From Pseudomonadota bacterium (lineage in GTDB: Bacteria > UBA10199 > 2-02-FULL-44-16 > JBDRGF01): DNA of 51,765 bases. Location of the stretch: assembly GCA_043818055.1 (NCBI GenBank), contig JBDRGF010000165.1:1-51765 (forward strand). Direction: 5' to 3'. The translations under genes were made by a program, and so were the position numbers. This document shows positions 30,172 to 39,751 of the stretch, piece by piece. Position 1 is the first letter of the stretch, and each line of letters starts with the position of its first letter. The notes under the pieces were generated by a model. It searched no databases and was not told where the DNA came from. It saw only the letters and a list, made by a program, of their open reading frames with translations.

Positions 30172-31404
30172 TTAGATGTGCAGTTCTTCGGAGATGCCGA
30201 TCAGAATATCGATCCCCTGGATGAAGGTGATGTTTGATTGTAACTTCGCTCGCTCACTTTCATTCAACGCCTCATCTGACAGGAGCAAGAGGAGCTGGTG
30301 CATATAGGTATCGAGCTGATAATCTGTTGGGTTTCTGACAAGATCAAAGGCTATTCTAGAAAAAATAAGCCGGGCATAGTTCGAAACATCTACTCCAGAC
30401 AAACGATCTCCAAAAAAGAGAGGGGTTACTCTGCTCAATTGTGCACTGTTATAAAAAAACTGTTCATCGACCCAAACAGGATCCAACGCCTTGAATTCAC
30501 TCTTCACCCTTATCGAGAGTTCCCTCCTTTGCCTTTGCGTCAAAATGGCACGAAGTGATTCGTAATCGACTACACCCTCTGATGCCATCGAGGCAAGCTG
30601 ATCGGGATATTGAGTCAACAGCCACTCGACAGCTCTGATTTGTGCGACGAACTCCCGCTGAAGCTCGACTGTGTATGTCATGGCTGCGCCATGGAGCAGC
30701 TGGTCGAGATCCCCCTCCAGATCCCTTCGGTAAAATGATCTTCCGGGCATGGGATGAATACAGAGGATCCCGAGCGGGGCGAAAGTTGTTGTCCGAATGT
30801 ATCTTCGCAATTCAACAGAGATATAAAACGACCCTTCCAATCCGTACCTTACATCATGATAAAGCCCTCTAAGTTTCCAATCAGAATAACCTGTCAAATT
30901 ATGCAAACCGCGATCGGATTCCTGGGGAATAGGACACACATTTTCCAAGCCCGTAGCAACGAGCTGCATGATCTTCTCTTTCTCTTCATCAGTTGCTGGA
31001 AGTTTTGGATTCAACACAAAGGAGACGACATCAGGTATCTCCGATTCATCTTCGCCTCTGACAGGCAAGGTGTCAAAAAGCCTGCCGATAAAAACGCCGT
31101 AGTGATTCACAGAGGCTGAGAGTTCCTTTTCCACACGCTCTAAAATACGCATATGATCAAAAACAGAGTTGTACAACCTATCTGCTCTTCTCTCTTCTCT
31201 CAGATAATCCCGTCCGTGCAGTCGTAACTCTTTGCCAAAGCCGACCAGCTCTTGCCGCATTTTCTTCAGTTGACCTGCGATTTTGCTATCATCGCCATAG
31301 CCGCCGTCAGATTGCGAGGGGAGTGACGGGATGGGTTCAAATATCTTCGGCGGAGCGCCGCCTGACGATCCGGAACTCAATCTCATGGATGGCAGAACAG
31401 CCAT
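30172..31404 (-). CDS. Hypothetical protein
   Basis: 410-aa ORF with AGGAGGAGG RBS; inverted partial paralog at 34064-34670. Confidence 0.8.
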   Translation of the reverse strand: MAVLPSMRLSSGSSGGAPPKIFEPIPSLPSQSDGGYGDDSKIAGQLKKMRQELVGFGKELRLHGRDYLREERRADRLYNSVFDHMRILERVEKELSASVNHYGVFIGRLFDTLPVRGEDESEIPDVVSFVLNPKLPATDEEKEKIMQLVATGLENVCPIPQESDRGLHNLTGYSDWKLRGLYHDVRYGLEGSFYISVELRRYIRTTTFAPLGILCIHPMPGRSFYRRDLEGDLDQLLHGAAMTYTVELQREFVAQIRAVEWLLTQYPDQLASMASEGVVDYESLRAILTQRQRRELSIRVKSEFKALDPVWVDEQFFYNSAQLSRVTPLFFGDRLSGVDVSNYARLIFSRIAFDLVRNPTDYQLDTYMHQLLLLLSDEALNESERAKLQSNITFIQGIDILIGISEELHI

Positions 31405-31460
31405 ATCAGCACACCTCCTCCTTTTTCATACTCCATATTTCATCCGTGTCAATCGAAAGC

Positions 31461-33584
31461 TTACTTAACCTTATCCCAGCTTAGGTAACAAAGCAGCCCT
31501 TCCTTTACAGGGGGAAAGGAGGTCATTGGTTTTAAGATTCGACCGCCAAACGCTTCAATCGCCCTTCTGACATCGATCCCGATGGAGAGGATCGGTGCCA
31601 CGCCGCGCTGACCCTTTGCTGCTTCCACAACATCCCCCATGTCGTGAAGCAGAGTTACCAACCCCTTTCTATCCTCTTCACTTTTGAGAGCTTTTTCCAA
31701 CTGATGATAGAGCGCTGTGATCGTGAGGGGCGCTCTTAGTGGTCGATAGTCGCGATAGGGAAAGCTGGAGATGCGAAAGCGATAATATCGGCTCCCCAAT
31801 CGGGTGTATCTCCTCGCAACCCAGAGCGGGATGCGCATCGTTTCGACCTCCCCGGTTGGGCTGCCATCCCGATCCAGAAGATAATACTTTAGTTTGTAGG
31901 TTACCTGAAATCGAGTCCTGAATTCATTCCGAACACCTCTCTGAACCTGGCGTATCATCCATGCAGCTTGCTTCTCATCAGTTGCATCAAACGAGACCGC
32001 AATCAGATCCCCTTTGAATGCCATGATAATCGGTATTTCATTTCCCTCCGCCTCGAAGCGCTCAAACCAGAGTTCCATGACTCGGTTGAAATCGCGGTTG
32101 CTAAAATCCCGCCTGCCGACCTGTTTCATATGCTGCCTGAAGTTGTCGTATTCAAAGAGGCTTAGATAGTTATAGCCCTTAAGGGCGAGCTCCTGGGCAA
32201 AGAAGTTGCTGTTTTCAAAAAAGTGTTCATCCGTGCTGGGGAGCTCTGGCCGCAAATAATAGATGCTGTTTTTCAATATCCTCGGATATGTCGCAGTGTA
32301 CATCGCCTCTATGCCGAGGCGGATGAGATTCGCAATATGTCCGACAAGCACCTTTCTTGTCTCAACCGATTTAGTATCACTTACGAAAGAGGCAAAGCCA
32401 CCGCTTAAACGATTCATCACACCGTTGATCTCTCCTGTATAGAAAGGGGGAAGGGTCAATCTGTCGAGCTCGTCATTGCGTCGAACTCCCTCATATGGCA
32501 GATCCCCGACAATCCCGATTCTTCGAGAGAGGTACTTCTTCCAGGTGGCATCACTATCTGGCGGAAGCTGATCATCGGTATAGAGGATGCGAGTCGCATC
32601 CCCTGTCAAGTCGCCATGCTCCTCAACATAGCTTAGAGCAGACACAAGTCGGACCTGAATCTCCCTGATTTTCTCCGCCAGCCTCTCATTGCTTCTCTCT
32701 GATTCACTGATAGATGGAACATTCATCATGAATGCCTTGCAGGTTGGGTTGAACTCACTCAAGACTCTATCCCTATTTGGAATTTTTAATGGTGAAGGGT
32801 GACTCATCAATTTTAATTTTATTTCATCACTAAACAAGATAAGCTCTTTTTCGACTTTTCCAATGCTCACATTTTGTTTAAAAATAACATTGAACATTGT
32901 CCCAGCCGGATCCTTATAAACGGCGGATTTTCCAAATACATCCTTCAACCAGTGCAGCGCAGTTTCGATGAAGTGTTGGGCAAGATACCCCTTTTGCTCA
33001 ACCTTATTTGCTGAAGTGATATTCAGGCCGAGGCGCATTACCTGGAAGCCCTTACCCCTTCCCAACAGTTCAAATAACTCCTCCACAAAACCGGCCGGCA
33101 GGGCGCCATCTTCCAGATATTGAACTTTGACCTCCTGCGCTATATTTTGTAAAAACGTTTCAACGTAATCATATAACAACTCATCCCCCCGGCCAAATGC
33201 CCCCTGCGCAATCAAACCACCCACGATCGATGTATAGAGCAGCCGATCGATATGCGCCGAACGGAGCGCCTGCGGAACTCTCAGATATCCGCTCAGATCT
33301 CTTGTTGCATCTGAAAAGAGTGGTGCAAAGAGGGTTGAAAATGGTTCGGTCAGTGTATCGGGCAGAGGAAATGCGGTGACCGACAACGGCCCGAGCTCGA
33401 TAAAACGCCTGATAGATCGTATTTCCAGGGAGGGAGTAGCGCCGTTCTGAAGCAGGCTTTGAAGAGATCGTGCATTTTCAGCTATCTCAGGGGAATTGAT
33501 CAGCTCATTTGGATGATTGTGAGAGAGCACAAAGCTCCGGGCATTTGTCAGGAGTCGGATGCTGCCTCTGATGTTGTTGATCAT
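31461..33584 (-). CDS. Hypothetical protein with degenerate GGDEF-like domain(s)
   Basis: LSLFEYDNFRQ...G, MAFKGDLIAV, LTITALY, AAKGQRG follow GGDEF motif order; start at ATG 33584 (GGAG upstream) or TTG 33611. Confidence 0.65.
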   Translation of the reverse strand: MINNIRGSIRLLTNARSFVLSHNHPNELINSPEIAENARSLQSLLQNGATPSLEIRSIRRFIELGPLSVTAFPLPDTLTEPFSTLFAPLFSDATRDLSGYLRVPQALRSAHIDRLLYTSIVGGLIAQGAFGRGDELLYDYVETFLQNIAQEVKVQYLEDGALPAGFVEELFELLGRGKGFQVMRLGLNITSANKVEQKGYLAQHFIETALHWLKDVFGKSAVYKDPAGTMFNVIFKQNVSIGKVEKELILFSDEIKLKLMSHPSPLKIPNRDRVLSEFNPTCKAFMMNVPSISESERSNERLAEKIREIQVRLVSALSYVEEHGDLTGDATRILYTDDQLPPDSDATWKKYLSRRIGIVGDLPYEGVRRNDELDRLTLPPFYTGEINGVMNRLSGGFASFVSDTKSVETRKVLVGHIANLIRLGIEAMYTATYPRILKNSIYYLRPELPSTDEHFFENSNFFAQELALKGYNYLSLFEYDNFRQHMKQVGRRDFSNRDFNRVMELWFERFEAEGNEIPIIMAFKGDLIAVSFDATDEKQAAWMIRQVQRGVRNEFRTRFQVTYKLKYYLLDRDGSPTGEVETMRIPLWVARRYTRLGSRYYRFRISSFPYRDYRPLRAPLTITALYHQLEKALKSEEDRKGLVTLLHDMGDVVEAAKGQRGVAPILSIGIDVRRAIEAFGGRILKPMTSFPPVKEGLLCYLSWDKVK

Positions 33585-33769
33585 AAATCGCTCCGTTCCC
33601 GTTGTACTCAATGGTTTAAGTAACTTTCATGCCATCCCCTTTTGAATCGGGTAACTTCCTGCTTTGTATATATGAGTGGGAGGTTTCGAAACACAAATAA
33701 GTCTTTAAAAACCATATGTTCCATACTTTTAAATTGCATGAACTGTTTTTTGAATTCCCTCACACTTTA

Positions 33770-33796
33770 TTATCGTCGTCTGATAACAAAAGTTTC
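33770..33796 (-). promoter_or_regulatory. GAAAC-N14-GACGATAA motif (variant)
   Basis: Minus strand gaaacttttgttatcagacgacgataa upstream of the orphan operon 33584-30172. Confidence 0.45.
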
Positions 33797-34063
33797 GTAA
33801 AAAATGTTGGTATTTAAATATATTTTTAGATACCCGGGGAAAAAGGATCATCATCGATATAACTAATTGAAAATTAGCGCGAAATTTTTAACTCGGCCCG
33901 AAAGTTTCTCATAATGCATAATCGTCGCACAAAAGCTTTTCCCTTCGTGCTTATTTTTGAGAGGTTCAAAGGGGACAAGTAATTTATAGTCGTATTTTAT
34001 TGTAAATTCCCTTATCATCTCGTTTTATGTTGAAAAAACATGTTAAGGAGGAGGTGTTCTGAT

Positions 34064-34670
34064 ATGGCTGTTCTGCCATCCATGAGGTTAAGCTCCGGAT
34101 CGTCAGGCGGCGCTCCGCCGAAGATATTTGAACCCATCCCGTCACTCCCATCGCAATCTGATGACGGCTATGGCGACAATAGCAAAATCGCCAGTCAGCT
34201 GAAGAAAATGCGGCAGGAGCTGGTCGACTTTGGCAAAGAGTTACGACTGCACGGACGGGATTATCTGAGGGAAGAGGAAAAACCTAAAACTCTGCGCAAT
34301 TCATTTTTAACCTTTAAATCTATTTTAAAAAAGGGTGAAAAGTGAATTCGAGGTGTTGGATCCTGTTCGGGTCGATGAACGGTTTTTTTATAATGGTGTT
34401 CAGTTGAGAAACGTTACTCCACTACAATTTGGGAGACGCTTATCCGGCCCGATAATTCGAAACCGCGTTTCATCTTATTTTATTAATATAACTACTAAGC
34501 TCTTTCGAAGCCCAACAAATTGTCAGCTCGATACCTATATGCACCAGCTCCTCTTGCTCCTGTCAGATGAGGCGTTGAATGAAAGTGAGCGAGCGAAGTT
34601 ACAATCAAACATCACCTTCATCCAGGGGATCGATATTCTGATCGGCATCTCCGAAAAGTTGCATATCTGA
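34064..34670 (+). pseudogene. Internally deleted, frame-disrupted inverted paralog of 30172-31404
   Basis: Near-identical N-terminus to DYLREE and C-terminus from VKSEF onward; central ~220 codons absent; split over two frames. Confidence 0.8.
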
Positions 34671-34690
34671 TTGTTGTGGAATTTCAAAGC

Positions 34691-36784
34691 TCATCCGGAA
34701 CTGCGTTGTAATATAGCTATCCCAGCCTGATATGTGATAAAGGTGATAACATAGGCCAGGAACGTCAACCCGAAGAATTGCAGCGCAGAGAACTTCCATG
34801 AACCGGCCTCCCGTCGCACAACGGCGCAAGTCGCCATGCAGGGAGTGGCGATGAGCGCGAAAATCATGATGCAGATGCCTATCAGAGGGGAATATTCATC
34901 CCGCAATTTTTGTCGCAAGGTCGATGTACTGTGTTTCGCATCCCCTATCGACTGGACGATTCCCATCTGGGAGACGAAGACCTCCTTGGCCGCGAATGAT
35001 CCCAAAAAGGCTGTGACTATCTTCCAGTCGAAGCCGAGAGGTTTGAAGGCAGGTTCCAGGAAATTTCCGATCCTGCCCGCGTACGAATATTTTAAGTTTT
35101 CCTCCGTCATCTGAACCTTATCGGAATTTACAAGCTGATCGATCTCGAAAATATTTTTCTTGGGATAACTCGTCAAAAACCACATGATCATCGAAACAGC
35201 CAATATTATAGTGCCTGCTTTTTTCAGATAGAGTTTCCCCCTCTCCCACATATGGATAAACAGGCCTTTAAGCGTTGGCAGACGATAGGGTGGGAGCTCC
35301 ATGACAAAGGGGGTAGATGTCCCTTTGAACTTTGCAACATGTATGATCTTCATGATGAGAATAGCGAGCAGAATGCCTATGGCATAGATAATCCAAAGCA
35401 CTCGACCACGCCACTCCACAGGAAAAAAGGCGGGTATGATCAGCATATAGATTGGAAGTCTCGCCCCGCAACTCATGAGAGGCAATATCAACATCGTGAG
35501 CAGGCGGTCTCTTCTATGTTCGAGCGTGCGTGTCGCCATCACGGCTGGGACCGTGCAACCAAATCCTATCACCATCGGGATGAAGCTCTTCCCGTGAAGT
35601 CCGATCTTGTGCATCAGCTTATCCATTATAAATGCCGCCCTTGACATGTAACCTGTGTCTTCAAGCAGCGAAAGTCCTAAGAAAAGCAGAAGGATGTTGG
35701 GAAGAAAGACGATCACGCCTCCCACCCCTCCGATGATGCCATCGACTATCAGCGACTTCAGCCATGTGAGATTATTCGCTGGCCAGTTGTTTGATATGAC
35801 AGCCCCAAGCAAGTTGAATCCCGATTCGATCCAATTCATGGGATGCTCGCCAATTGTGAATGTTAGCTGGAAGAGAAGATATGTGACGACTAAAAAGATC
35901 GGAAATCCGATTATCCTACTTGTGACGATATCGTCGATCCTGTCAGAAAAATCCCTGCTATCGACGGCATGAGACTTAGCCGCCTCACGAAAAAGGCCTG
36001 CCGCAAAGCCATAGCGGTAAGCAGCGAAAATATCAAAGAGGCTCTCACCGTGATGAGATTCGATCTCACCCCTTCTTTTTGTTGCATAATTTACTACCTC
36101 GTCACCCTCCGGATGATTTTTTCGAACGAGAGCTGCTATCTCAGATTCACCCTGAGCAAGGCGGGCAACAAAAAATCTTTTCGGAAGCCCTTTGAAAAAG
36201 CCACTATCACCCTGTTCCAACCTTTGTTCCAGATCGTCGATGAACTGGTTGAACTCAGCCCCGTAATCTACCCTGATCTCCTCAGCAACTTTTGAATAAG
36301 CCTGTATGATCGCATCCTTTAACTCAGCAATTCCCTTTCCACGCGATGCCACAGTCTCAATCACCTCCGACCTCAGTCGAGCGGATAAGATTTTAAGATC
36401 GATTTCCTGTCCGAGCTTTTGCGCACGATCGCTCATGTTGAGGACAACGACAAGCTTCACACCCATTTCAACCAGATGAGAAGTCAGATAGAAATTTCTC
36501 TCAAGATTTGAAGAGTCGACGACATCGATGATGACGTCGGGACGTTCGAACAGGATGAAATCCCCTGCGACCTTTTCGTCGAGAGAACGTGCAGAGAGGC
36601 TATAGGTTCCGGGAAGATCGACCAATTCGATTTCAAAACCATCATGAACAAAGCTGCCGCTTCTCTTCTCTACGGTCACGCCGGGATAATTCCCAACGTG
36701 CTGATGAGCCCCGACAAGCTCGTTGAAGATGGATGTCTTTCCGGAATTGGGGTTGCCAGCAAGGGCAACGCGAATTTTCTTCAT
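34691..36784 (-). CDS. feoB: Ferrous iron transport protein B
   Basis: GNPNSGKT, VGNYPGVTVE, DLPGTYSL, LEDTGYMSR, GFGCTVPA, MSCGARLP, MELPPY, AKEV. Confidence 0.97.
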   Translation of the reverse strand: MKKIRVALAGNPNSGKTSIFNELVGAHQHVGNYPGVTVEKRSGSFVHDGFEIELVDLPGTYSLSARSLDEKVAGDFILFERPDVIIDVVDSSNLERNFYLTSHLVEMGVKLVVVLNMSDRAQKLGQEIDLKILSARLRSEVIETVASRGKGIAELKDAIIQAYSKVAEEIRVDYGAEFNQFIDDLEQRLEQGDSGFFKGLPKRFFVARLAQGESEIAALVRKNHPEGDEVVNYATKRRGEIESHHGESLFDIFAAYRYGFAAGLFREAAKSHAVDSRDFSDRIDDIVTSRIIGFPIFLVVTYLLFQLTFTIGEHPMNWIESGFNLLGAVISNNWPANNLTWLKSLIVDGIIGGVGGVIVFLPNILLLFLGLSLLEDTGYMSRAAFIMDKLMHKIGLHGKSFIPMVIGFGCTVPAVMATRTLEHRRDRLLTMLILPLMSCGARLPIYMLIIPAFFPVEWRGRVLWIIYAIGILLAILIMKIIHVAKFKGTSTPFVMELPPYRLPTLKGLFIHMWERGKLYLKKAGTIILAVSMIMWFLTSYPKKNIFEIDQLVNSDKVQMTEENLKYSYAGRIGNFLEPAFKPLGFDWKIVTAFLGSFAAKEVFVSQMGIVQSIGDAKHSTSTLRQKLRDEYSPLIGICIMIFALIATPCMATCAVVRREAGSWKFSALQFFGLTFLAYVITFITYQAGIAILQRSSG

Positions 36785-37095
36785 AAAGCATTCCCCCTCC
36801 TACGCCGCATGAATCTACGAATTCTATTTCTCCATCCACGACGACAATTGTTGCAGCGTTCGACTCGCTCTACTTCGATACACTTCGCTTCACTCCTTCT
36901 GATCGAAAGACTGTTGCCTCTTATCCTTATTTCGATCGGATCTGTGAGAGGTGCCTCACGCTTCAGATGAATGCAGACTCCCGGAACGACCCCCATTTCA
37001 ATCAGGCGTCCTCTCAGAGCAGAGGCTTTCAATCCTTTAATTACAGCCTTATCCCCGGGGTTGAGTTCATCAAGGGTCATGATATCCGATGTCAT
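36781..37095 (-). CDS. feoA: Ferrous iron transport protein A
   Basis: RLIEMGVVPG, APLTDPIEI, LSIRRSEA; ATGA overlaps with both neighbours. Confidence 0.92.
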   Translation of the reverse strand: MTSDIMTLDELNPGDKAVIKGLKASALRGRLIEMGVVPGVCIHLKREAPLTDPIEIRIRGNSLSIRRSEAKCIEVERVERCNNCRRGWRNRIRRFMRRRRGNAL

Positions 37096-37484
37096 AACTT
37101 TATCTCTCCACAATCGACGCGAGTACAGAATTTCTTCATGGCATCTATCGTCTCTCTGCTGAGTTCATGTTCAACTATGCACGCATCCCTGTCGGCAATC
37201 TGGAGCTCAACCCCCAACAACTCGTTGAAAAATTTTCTGAGCACGTGATGGCGCCTTGCAAGGTTGGCAGCTCTAGTCATACCCTTGTCGGTGAGGGTCA
37301 GGTAATCGTAGCGATTATAATCTACCATCCCCAGATTTTTGAGCTTGATGAGTGCGGCTGTGACGGATGGCATCTTCACACTCTTCTTCGATGCGATATC
37401 GCGCACGCGCACGGCGTTCATCCCCTCCCCCTGCAGTTCGAATATCACTTCCAGATAATCCTCAAGGCTTGCAGAAATATCCAT
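37092..37484 (-). CDS. DtxR/MntR-family metal-dependent regulator
   Basis: SLEDYLEVI, RVRDIA...VKMPSVT, RRH, ACIVEH. Confidence 0.93.
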   Translation of the reverse strand: MDISASLEDYLEVIFELQGEGMNAVRVRDIASKKSVKMPSVTAALIKLKNLGMVDYNRYDYLTLTDKGMTRAANLARRHHVLRKFFNELLGVELQIADRDACIVEHELSRETIDAMKKFCTRVDCGEIKL

Positions 37485-37560
37485 AAAACCTCCGACAGCT
37501 GTAAGCTATAAGCAAAATCTTATAGCAGCCGATAGCTTATAAATATAAAATTTATAGTTT

Positions 37561-37601
37561 GTTAGATGTGACTAACTATATAAGGCAGGACTAATTGTCA
37601 A
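37561..37601 (-). promoter_or_regulatory. Promoter with DtxR-like operator
   Basis: gttag-atgtga-ctaac palindrome (37561-37576); minus-strand TTGACA at 37601-37596. Confidence 0.55.
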
Positions 37602-37604
37602 AGC

Positions 37605-37640
37605 AAAAAAACACCGGGGGTTGGATCAACACCCGGTGTT
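37605..37640 (-). terminator. Rho-independent terminator
   Basis: aacaccggg...cccggtgtt stem followed by a T-run on the minus strand, after 37659-38006. Confidence 0.7.
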
Positions 37641-37658
37641 GAATTTTTTGGTTATAGG

Positions 37659-38006
37659 TTATAGTTTTTTGAGTTTTTCCTTCGCCCGCAGAATTTGCGT
37701 GGTGAGGCTTGCGAGAGCGGAATCATGATTTCCAACTTTTTTCTGATAGAAGTTGGCTTTTGACCAGTCCTTCTTCTTCTGGAAGGCCTGCACCTTTGCG
37801 ATGACCGTCATCCTCGTCTGTTCGATCTTCCCCTTCTGCTTTTCGATCTTCTTCTGATAATCCTGCAGGTATTCCTTCACCTTGACCTTAAAAGCCGCTT
37901 CAAAGGCCTTTTTACCCTCTTTTGAAGTGCGCTTTAGATCTTCCTTCTTGTGCTCAGGGTTATCCTTTAAAAAATCTTTCCATGTATACTTTTGATTTAA
38001 CGACAT
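37659..38006 (-). CDS. Hypothetical Lys-rich protein
   Basis: 115-aa ORF with AAAGGGA RBS and its own terminator. Confidence 0.75.
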   Translation of the reverse strand: MSLNQKYTWKDFLKDNPEHKKEDLKRTSKEGKKAFEAAFKVKVKEYLQDYQKKIEKQKGKIEQTRMTVIAKVQAFQKKKDWSKANFYQKKVGNHDSALASLTTQILRAKEKLKKL

Positions 38007-38082
38007 AAAAAATCCCTTTCTATTGATTAAAGAAGCCCTGCAATTATGCGATAACGCTTGCTAAGTCAAGAAATTAAACCAT

Positions 38083-39174
38083 TTAGGCGTACTGCGGAAA
38101 GAGTTTTTTAAGAACAGGGAGCGTCACTTTTCCATCTTTTACCTGCAAACCCAGTTTCAAAGCCGGATCATCTGCGAGCGCTTTCTCGATACCTTTATTG
38201 GCCAGCTCTTTCAGATATGTAAAGGTAGCAGAGGTCAATGCCTCCGTTGAAGTCCTTGGGGTGAGGGCTGGCATGTTGGGGACGCAGTAGTGAATCACAC
38301 CATGCTCTTTGTAAATCGGCTCCTCGTGAGATGTCGGACGGGATGTCTCGATGCAGCCACCCTGATCGATTGAGACGTCGACGACCACGGAGTCGGGCTC
38401 CATCGTCTTTACCATCTCCCGCGTGACAACGTGCGGGGCACGATCGCCATATATGAGGACAGCGCCGATGAGAAGATCGGCCTTTTTTACCCACTCGGCA
38501 ACGCTTTGAGGTGTTGATTTTACAATTTTAATTTTTCCATCATATTCCTGATATAGTTCGTCCATACGCTTTTCATCAATATCCAGCAGAATGACGTTGG
38601 CCTTCAAACCCACAGCAACATCCATTGCATTGACACCGACAACTCCACCACCGATTACAACAACTGTTCCACGCTGCGTGCCTGTGACCCCTCCAAGGAG
38701 AACTCCCTTACCGCCATGATTTTTATGCAAAAGATATGTTCCAACCTGAGTCGCGATCTTTCCGGCAACCTCGCTCATGGGAAACAACAATGGCAGATGG
38801 CCATCCGCCGTCTCGACGGTCTCGTAGCCGATCCCCATAACACCACTCTTGCACATCGCATCGACGAGCTCAGGAACACTCGCTAGATGAAGATATGTAT
38901 AGATGCATAAATCTGACCTGAAATATTTATACTCGCTCTTCAAAGGCTCCTTCACCTTAACGATCAGCTCAGAGCCCTTCCAAACCTCGTCGGCCTTTTC
39001 TACAATCTTCGCACCAGCCTTGATATAATCTTCGTCGGAATATGCAGTCATTAGACCTGCCGATTTTTCAACGAGAAGCGTATGCCCCTCCTTCACCAAT
39101 TCTTTAATTCCAGCGGGGGTAACAGATACGCGTGATTCTTTTGTTTTGATCTCCTTAGGAATGCCTATTATCAT
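38083..39174 (-). CDS. ald: Alanine dehydrogenase
   Basis: MIIGIPKEIK..ESRV, KVKEP, YLHLA, PMSEVAG, GGGVVG, DQGGC, HYCVPNMP; RBS AAGGAG. Confidence 0.97.
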   Translation of the reverse strand: MIIGIPKEIKTKESRVSVTPAGIKELVKEGHTLLVEKSAGLMTAYSDEDYIKAGAKIVEKADEVWKGSELIVKVKEPLKSEYKYFRSDLCIYTYLHLASVPELVDAMCKSGVMGIGYETVETADGHLPLLFPMSEVAGKIATQVGTYLLHKNHGGKGVLLGGVTGTQRGTVVVIGGGVVGVNAMDVAVGLKANVILLDIDEKRMDELYQEYDGKIKIVKSTPQSVAEWVKKADLLIGAVLIYGDRAPHVVTREMVKTMEPDSVVVDVSIDQGGCIETSRPTSHEEPIYKEHGVIHYCVPNMPALTPRTSTEALTSATFTYLKELANKGIEKALADDPALKLGLQVKDGKVTLPVLKKLFPQYA

Positions 39175-39309
39175 ATCTATCTCCTTCTCTGATTGAAACT
39201 GTGCACTTCTATTATTTATCGAAAATTTAGTCAAAGAATAAAGCAATAAACAATTAACAATGGCCAATTAACAATTTTATAAGGATATCCTTATGAATTT
39301 AGAGAGAGT

Positions 39310-39656
39310 TGCTGATATTTGGCTTCGCTTTAGTTGCGCAAGCTCGCCTTCCCATCTCTTGGCCGACCAGTTCAGAATTGGACTTATCTATCCTTTCTGG
39401 AGCCTGTCCTGAGCATAGTCGAAGGAGCCCGATAACTCGTCTCATGCCTTACGGCGTGTTCCCTCACGAGATCACGCTGCCCTCCCAGAGTTATCTGCAG
39501 ACAACTCTGGGCCACGTGCCATCAAGCATCGCTTTTGACTCCTATAAACCCTCAAGCCCGAGCTTCGGGTGGCGAACTTCGGAATCGTCCTACCACCGGG
39601 GATTCTTGCCCTTTTCCCTCCTTTCTCCTACGTTAAAAGAAATCTGCCTCGCACAC
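39310..39656 (-). mobile_element. Group II intron 5' fragment (domain I, class C-like); no RT ORF or domain V
   Basis: Minus strand starts GTGTGCGAGGCA; has GGGCAAGAATCCCC, a CTC-GTGA-GGG GNRA loop and the Id3-like GGCGAGCTTGC-GCAAC-TAAAGCGAAGCC; putative EBS1 is complementary to the 5' flank GTTGC; left boundary approximate. Confidence 0.7.
39399..39429. repeat. Short REP-like insert with 6-bp duplication
   Basis: ggagcc-tgtcctgagcatagtcgaa-ggagcc. Confidence 0.6.
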
Positions 39657-39684
39657 GCAACTTTTTGTCGGTATACGCCGATAA
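39657..39684 (+). promoter_or_regulatory. GCAAC-N15-GCCGATAA motif
   Basis: Perfect sigma28-type -10; upstream of 39752. Confidence 0.65.
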
Positions 39685-39751
39685 CAATACGATTGTTGAA
39701 AATTCCCCGTGGTTTCCAAGGGTACTTCAATGAATAAAAAGGAGACAGTTT

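Noticed and set aside
33612..33640. In-frame TGA (ATG GCA TGA) or frameshift at the start of the GGDEF-like gene
   Set aside because: A downstream ATG at 33584 with GGAG explains the gene without recoding
30290..34530. DGR template/variable repeat explanation for the paralog pair
   Set aside because: Differences affect all four bases and many synonymous sites rather than adenines only; no RT is in the window
39309..39737. 142-aa ORF on the + strand
   Set aside because: It lies antisense to the structured intron fragment, starts at TTG with no RBS, and has no protein-like motifs
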